From Chamaesiphon sp. (GTDB lineage Bacteria; Cyanobacteriota; Cyanobacteriia; Cyanobacteriales; Chamaesiphonaceae), in contig CBDFFH010000005.1 in the NCBI GenBank assembly GCA_965246715.1, positions 160,001 through 224,000 of the forward strand: DNA of 64,000 nt. Reading direction: 5' to 3'. The notes under the pieces are model-generated. The model had not been told where the DNA came from. It was given only the letters and a program-made list of their open reading frames with translations, and made no database searches. How positions within the stretch are numbered: position 1 is the first letter of the stretch; the number at the start of each line of letters is the position of its first letter. Positions 60,126 to 64,000 of this stretch are shown piece by piece. The translations under genes were made by a program, and so were the position numbers.

Positions 60126-61682
60126 ATGATGGAATCGAAGTTACAAGAAGTCGCGATCGCAGGTAATCTCAAGCAGTTTTTGCTGGTACTCGCCGTTTCT
60201 TTGAGCGTGGCGACGCTACCGGAGGCTGTGAGTTGGTTTCGCAAAATCCCTTATACATTATTGCTAGTAATTGTGGGGTTGGGGTTGGCATTTGTCGATG
60301 TGCGACTGGTAAAACTTTCGCCGGAATTAATTTTGTCGATCTTTTTACCACCGCTACTATTTGAAGCAGCTTGGAATTTAAAATGGTCGCGCCTCAAGCA
60401 AGATCTGATTCCAATTTGCTTGTATGCCGTTTTGGGCGTGGTGATTTCGATCGCTGGGGTAGCGGTGGGACTCGATCGACTGGCTGGTTTGCCATTGACT
60501 ACAGCTTTACTGATTGGCGCGAGTTTGTCAGCGACAGATCCGGTATCGGTGACGGCATTATTTCGCGAGTTGGGTGTGGGTAAACGGCTGACAGTCTTGA
60601 TGGAAGGGGAAAGCTTATTTAACGACGGCATGGCAGTGGTGGCTTTTGGCTTTCTGCTGGCATTCGCTCAAGGTACTGCCGATTTATCGGTGCAGCGGAT
60701 TTTAGCTCAGCTAGTGATAGTCGTCGGGATTGGGCTAGGAACTGGCTGCATCATTGGCTTTGCGATTTCTTATCTGACGCAACGGTTCGATCTGCCCTTG
60801 GTAGAGCAGTCGCTTACCTTAGTTTCTGCTTATGGGGCTTACTTAATCGCTGAGGATTTAGGCGGCTCGGGGGTGATGGCGGTGGTAGCCACTGGCTTGA
60901 TTTTGGGCAACTTCGGCTCGCAGATCGGGATGAATCCTCGGACGCGGATTATTGTGACGGAATTTTGGGAATTTTTAGCCTTTTTTGTCAATTCGATCGT
61001 CTTTTTATTAATTGGCGACCAGATTCGGTTTGAGGTTTTGGGTAAAAATTGGATCTCGATCGCCGTGACGATTGGCGCGATGATTGTGATGCGGGCGATC
61101 TCCATCTACGGACTAGGCGGATTGAGCAACCGATTTGCTAAGTCCGATATTCCCTTGCCAGACCAAACGATCCTCTGGTGGGGCGGGTTGCGGGGTGCAG
61201 TGTCGATCGCCCTTGCTTTGAGCGTACCGGAGAGCTTGCCAGGGCGGGAGACGGTGATTGCGACGGTATTTGGCACAGTATTATTTACTTTGCTCGTCCA
61301 AGGACTGACGATTCAGCCGCTGTTGTCCAAACTCGACCTACTAGGCGACCAGCCATTACAGCAACGGTACTTAGAAGCGACCGCGCGGGAAGCGGCTCTC
61401 AATCGGGTGCTAGAGCATTTGGGCGATATCGACAAACATCCAGGCATCGATCCGGAGTTTTATAACTATCAAGTGGCATTGGTCGAGGGTGAAATATCCA
61501 ATCTCGAAATCGAAATCGATCGGCTCAAAGATGAGTATCCGAACTTACAAACATTTATCTCCGAGCAGCTAAGGGAAGAACTACTCGCGATCGAAGCTGA
61601 TACTTATGCTGAGTTGGTAAGGGCGGGTCGCTTGAATCGAGAACTACCACTGTTTCTGGGGATCGATCGCCGTGGACACTAG
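60126..61682 (+). CDS. CPA1/NhaP-type Na+/H+ antiporter
   Basis: FLPPLLFEAA, SATDPVSV, EGESLFNDG and GGLRGAVSIAL. Confidence 0.93.
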   Translation: MMESKLQEVAIAGNLKQFLLVLAVSLSVATLPEAVSWFRKIPYTLLLVIVGLGLAFVDVRLVKLSPELILSIFLPPLLFEAAWNLKWSRLKQDLIPICLYAVLGVVISIAGVAVGLDRLAGLPLTTALLIGASLSATDPVSVTALFRELGVGKRLTVLMEGESLFNDGMAVVAFGFLLAFAQGTADLSVQRILAQLVIVVGIGLGTGCIIGFAISYLTQRFDLPLVEQSLTLVSAYGAYLIAEDLGGSGVMAVVATGLILGNFGSQIGMNPRTRIIVTEFWEFLAFFVNSIVFLLIGDQIRFEVLGKNWISIAVTIGAMIVMRAISIYGLGGLSNRFAKSDIPLPDQTILWWGGLRGAVSIALALSVPESLPGRETVIATVFGTVLFTLLVQGLTIQPLLSKLDLLGDQPLQQRYLEATAREAALNRVLEHLGDIDKHPGIDPEFYNYQVALVEGEISNLEIEIDRLKDEYPNLQTFISEQLREELLAIEADTYAELVRAGRLNRELPLFLGIDRRGH

Positions 61683-61846
61683 CCAAAAAAGACCAGCTAT
61701 TTACCCGCATCCTCGATGAATTTCTCGATACAGATGGGCGAGTGGAGTTTGCTTCGGCTACCTTCCACTTGGTGGAAGCTCCGGTATTTAATGTGAGATT
61801 GACCGATGGTGGTGACAAAGATCTTCTGCCTCGATCGGCTGATTGA
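61682..61846 (+). pseudogene. orphan C-terminal fragment, probably of an MscS-family channel
   Basis: Open frame KDQLFTRILDEF..TDGRVEFASATFHLVEAPVFNVRL with no start. Family assignment is from recall. Confidence 0.4.
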
Positions 61847-61879
61847 AATAAATATTATTTACAGATATCTTCTGACAAT

Positions 61880-63233
61880 TCAATGTTGTTCGATCGCTTT
61901 CACAGCAGCTAGATATCGTTCCTTAATGTCGTTGCGATCGAACTCTTCGGTAATTCCTTTGTGACTACCACACTCAATCATATTGGCGTGGCGCAATAGT
62001 GCGGCTCGGTCTGCTCTAGTATGGGTAAAAGGGGCAATGACGGCGATCGCTTCGAGCAACCGCATCGTGACTGCTACACTTGTTTGCCCATACTGCCGAA
62101 TCTGATTAAAAGCAGCATCAGTCACATCTACAAAAGTCACGGGTTCGGCAATGACGCGCAGCTTATCTTTGTTATCATAACGATAGGCAGAAGGAATCTC
62201 TTTTTGTGCCAAGTGACAAAGTGCGGCACTGAGTCGATCGATACAGCCAATGGCGGTAAAGGGATCGTTAATTCCTGGTGATAGGGCGCGGACGGCAATC
62301 TCAACCAGTTGGTTAATCGAAAACTCGACATCTTGCTGCTCGGTGCGCTGCGAACCTAAGACAAAGGCATCATTAATTTGTTTAACCAGCTTTTTGCCAC
62401 CCGATGCTGCGGGATAAACAACTGCCAAAGGACTTCCTTTAACCACAAAGTCTCCAGGACGACGCTGAAGCTGAATCAGGGTATTGCTCTCCGTGGCAAT
62501 TTGCATCAACTGGTCTGTATCGATCGCTTGCACATAGCGACTACCATTCGCTGGAATGGGGGATGCCTCGCGATCGAAATTGGCTGGAACATCTGAGGTG
62601 AGTGGTTCTGCTCGATGCTTCGAGGCACCCCGTCCGATCTGTTTGGGAAAGAGGCGATCGTTGGCGAAGCCTACCGTAGGTAATCGCTTCATCTAGCTCA
62701 CATCCCACCTGATGAATGACACGATCGACTTGAATGGACGTGGCTGAATGGTGAATAAAGTAGATTAAAACGCCAACACTGGCGATCGCTAGTCCAATCC
62801 CACAGGTGACGGCAATATGAGGCACAAACTCATTTTTGGCAACGCCATTAATGGTTCGCAGCACCATCAGGCTATACACAAAGGTGGAGATAAAAGTCCC
62901 TAAGACAATCTGGTTGCCAGTATCTCGCATAAAGTTACGCAGCAGACGCGGGCCAAATTGCGAGGAAGCAAGCTGAAGGGCAACGATCGTAATGGAAAAT
63001 GCCGTCGTAGCCACACTCACCATCGAACCTGCAATAGCAGAAAGAATCGCGCGCGAACCGCTGGGGCCGAGCGAATATGCCCACCCCACCTGCCCAATTA
63101 TGTCTGTTTTTGAGCTTTGGTCGAGATGAATGGTAAAAAACGAAAGCACGATCGCCAACACCACCATCAAGCTTGGAATGAACCAAAAGCTAGAGTGCAG
63201 CGAATCCAACAGCTTGCTAAATTTGGTTCCCAT
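61880..63233 (-). pseudogene. DUF2254 membrane protein frameshifted by a 22-nt insertion
   Basis: N-part (LQLASSQFGPRLLRNF) and C-part (RALSPGINDPFTA) lie in different frames. Removing 62661-62682 restores EAIDRLFP. Confidence 0.88.
62661..62682 (-). repeat. 22-nt mini-element inserted in CGAT^CG
   Basis: The minus strand reads GCGAT|TACCTACGGTAGGCTTCGCCAA|CGATCGC. Confidence 0.88.
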
Positions 63234-63236
63234 TCG

Positions 63237-64000
63237 CTATTTCTCTACTGCGGCATCATGTGCTGCGCTACCTGCTGAATCACCGTTTCGTTGAGCCAGT
63301 TGCTTTAGCGAACTGCTGATGCTGCGTGACTGCGGCACATCGCCCTTGCCAGCGGGCCAGCCTTCACGTTGATGAGCGCGATCGCCATCCGTAGCTTCGG
63401 TCTGGTCGTGAAACAGAATTTGCTGGGTGGGGAAGGGAAGGTCGATGCCGTGTGCCGTTAACGTGTTTTTAATGTTCGTCAATACGCGATCTTGCAGGTC
63501 TAGCACATCAGCACGACGCGGCGGTGAAACCCACCAGCGGGCGCGAATGTTGACAGTACTGCCCGCTAAATCGACCACGATCGCATCTGGGGCAGGATTT
63601 TCTAACACGCCATCCGTTTGATATATTGCCTCTAGAATTAACTGCCGCGTTGTGTTGATATCATCCCCGTAGCCAATACCGATGTCATACTGCAAACGAC
63701 GATGTTCAAAGGCAGTATTAACTGTAACAGAGTTAGTAAAAAGCTCAGAGTTGGGAATTACAATCCGCCGACCGTCATAGGTTCTAATGGTTGTGGCGCG
63801 GGTTTGAATATTTTCTACAGTCCCCTCGAAATTCTTAAAAACAATTTGATCGTCAATCTGAAAGGGTTCGGTCAACAGAATTAAAATACCCGCTAAAAAG
63901 TTCTGTAAGATATCTCGAAACGCAAAACCGATCGCCACGCTACTAACTCCTAGTAGCTGTACCAGATCGCCAGCTTTGAGCGAGGGAATCACGATCGACA
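63237..64000 (-). CDS. MscS-family mechanosensitive channel (5' part outside window)
   Basis: AIGFAFRDILQNFLAGI, PF.IDD.I, T.IRTYDGRR..IPNS and GIDLPFP. Confidence 0.92.
   Translation of the reverse strand, partial: SIVIPSLKAGDLVQLLGVSSVAIGFAFRDILQNFLAGILILLTEPFQIDDQIVFKNFEGTVENIQTRATTIRTYDGRRIVIPNSELFTNSVTVNTAFEHRRLQYDIGIGYGDDINTTRQLILEAIYQTDGVLENPAPDAIVVDLAGSTVNIRARWWVSPPRRADVLDLQDRVLTNIKNTLTAHGIDLPFPTQQILFHDQTEATDGDRAHQREGWPAGKGDVPQSRSISSSLKQLAQRNGDSAGSAAHDAAVEK

Overview
Cyanobacterial chromosomal DNA. Evidence: very dense GCGATCGC/CGATCG (HIP1-type) sites and cyanobacterial signature genes (sipA, ccb1, Hik2-like kinase, KGK, Uma2, rbp). A Chamaesiphon-like host is only a guess. Positions 1-48.6 kb are mostly housekeeping genes (gltA, dnaX, rnhA, ligA, bioA, rpsU, pyrD, mlaE, a dynamin-like GTPase, a giant TPR protein) with many REP/MITE-like repeats between them. 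Positions 49-64 kb are a decaying mobile island: ISKra4-type IS, second type IA topoisomerase, IetAS-like ATPase/S8 pair with an internal deletion, hsdR remnant, attP-like tRNA-Pro 3' fragment, truncated integrase and ion-homeostasis cargo. The main finding is a complete IS110-family element (30029-31391) whose non-coding left end shows a bridge-RNA layout. One loop carries guides (CCCGCCCCT / GTAG) that match the actual insertion site CCCGCCC-CT-AC inside a local REP-like repeat. A second loop carries guides (ACAGTATCT / ACAAG) that match the element's own joined ends, and joining those ends builds a TTGACA-17 nt-TATCTT promoter. Empty target sites lie nearby. The window also has two families of tiny (22-51 nt) site-specific insertions and several MITE-like shells that share one palindromic core. 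All calls come from reading the sequence; no searches were run.
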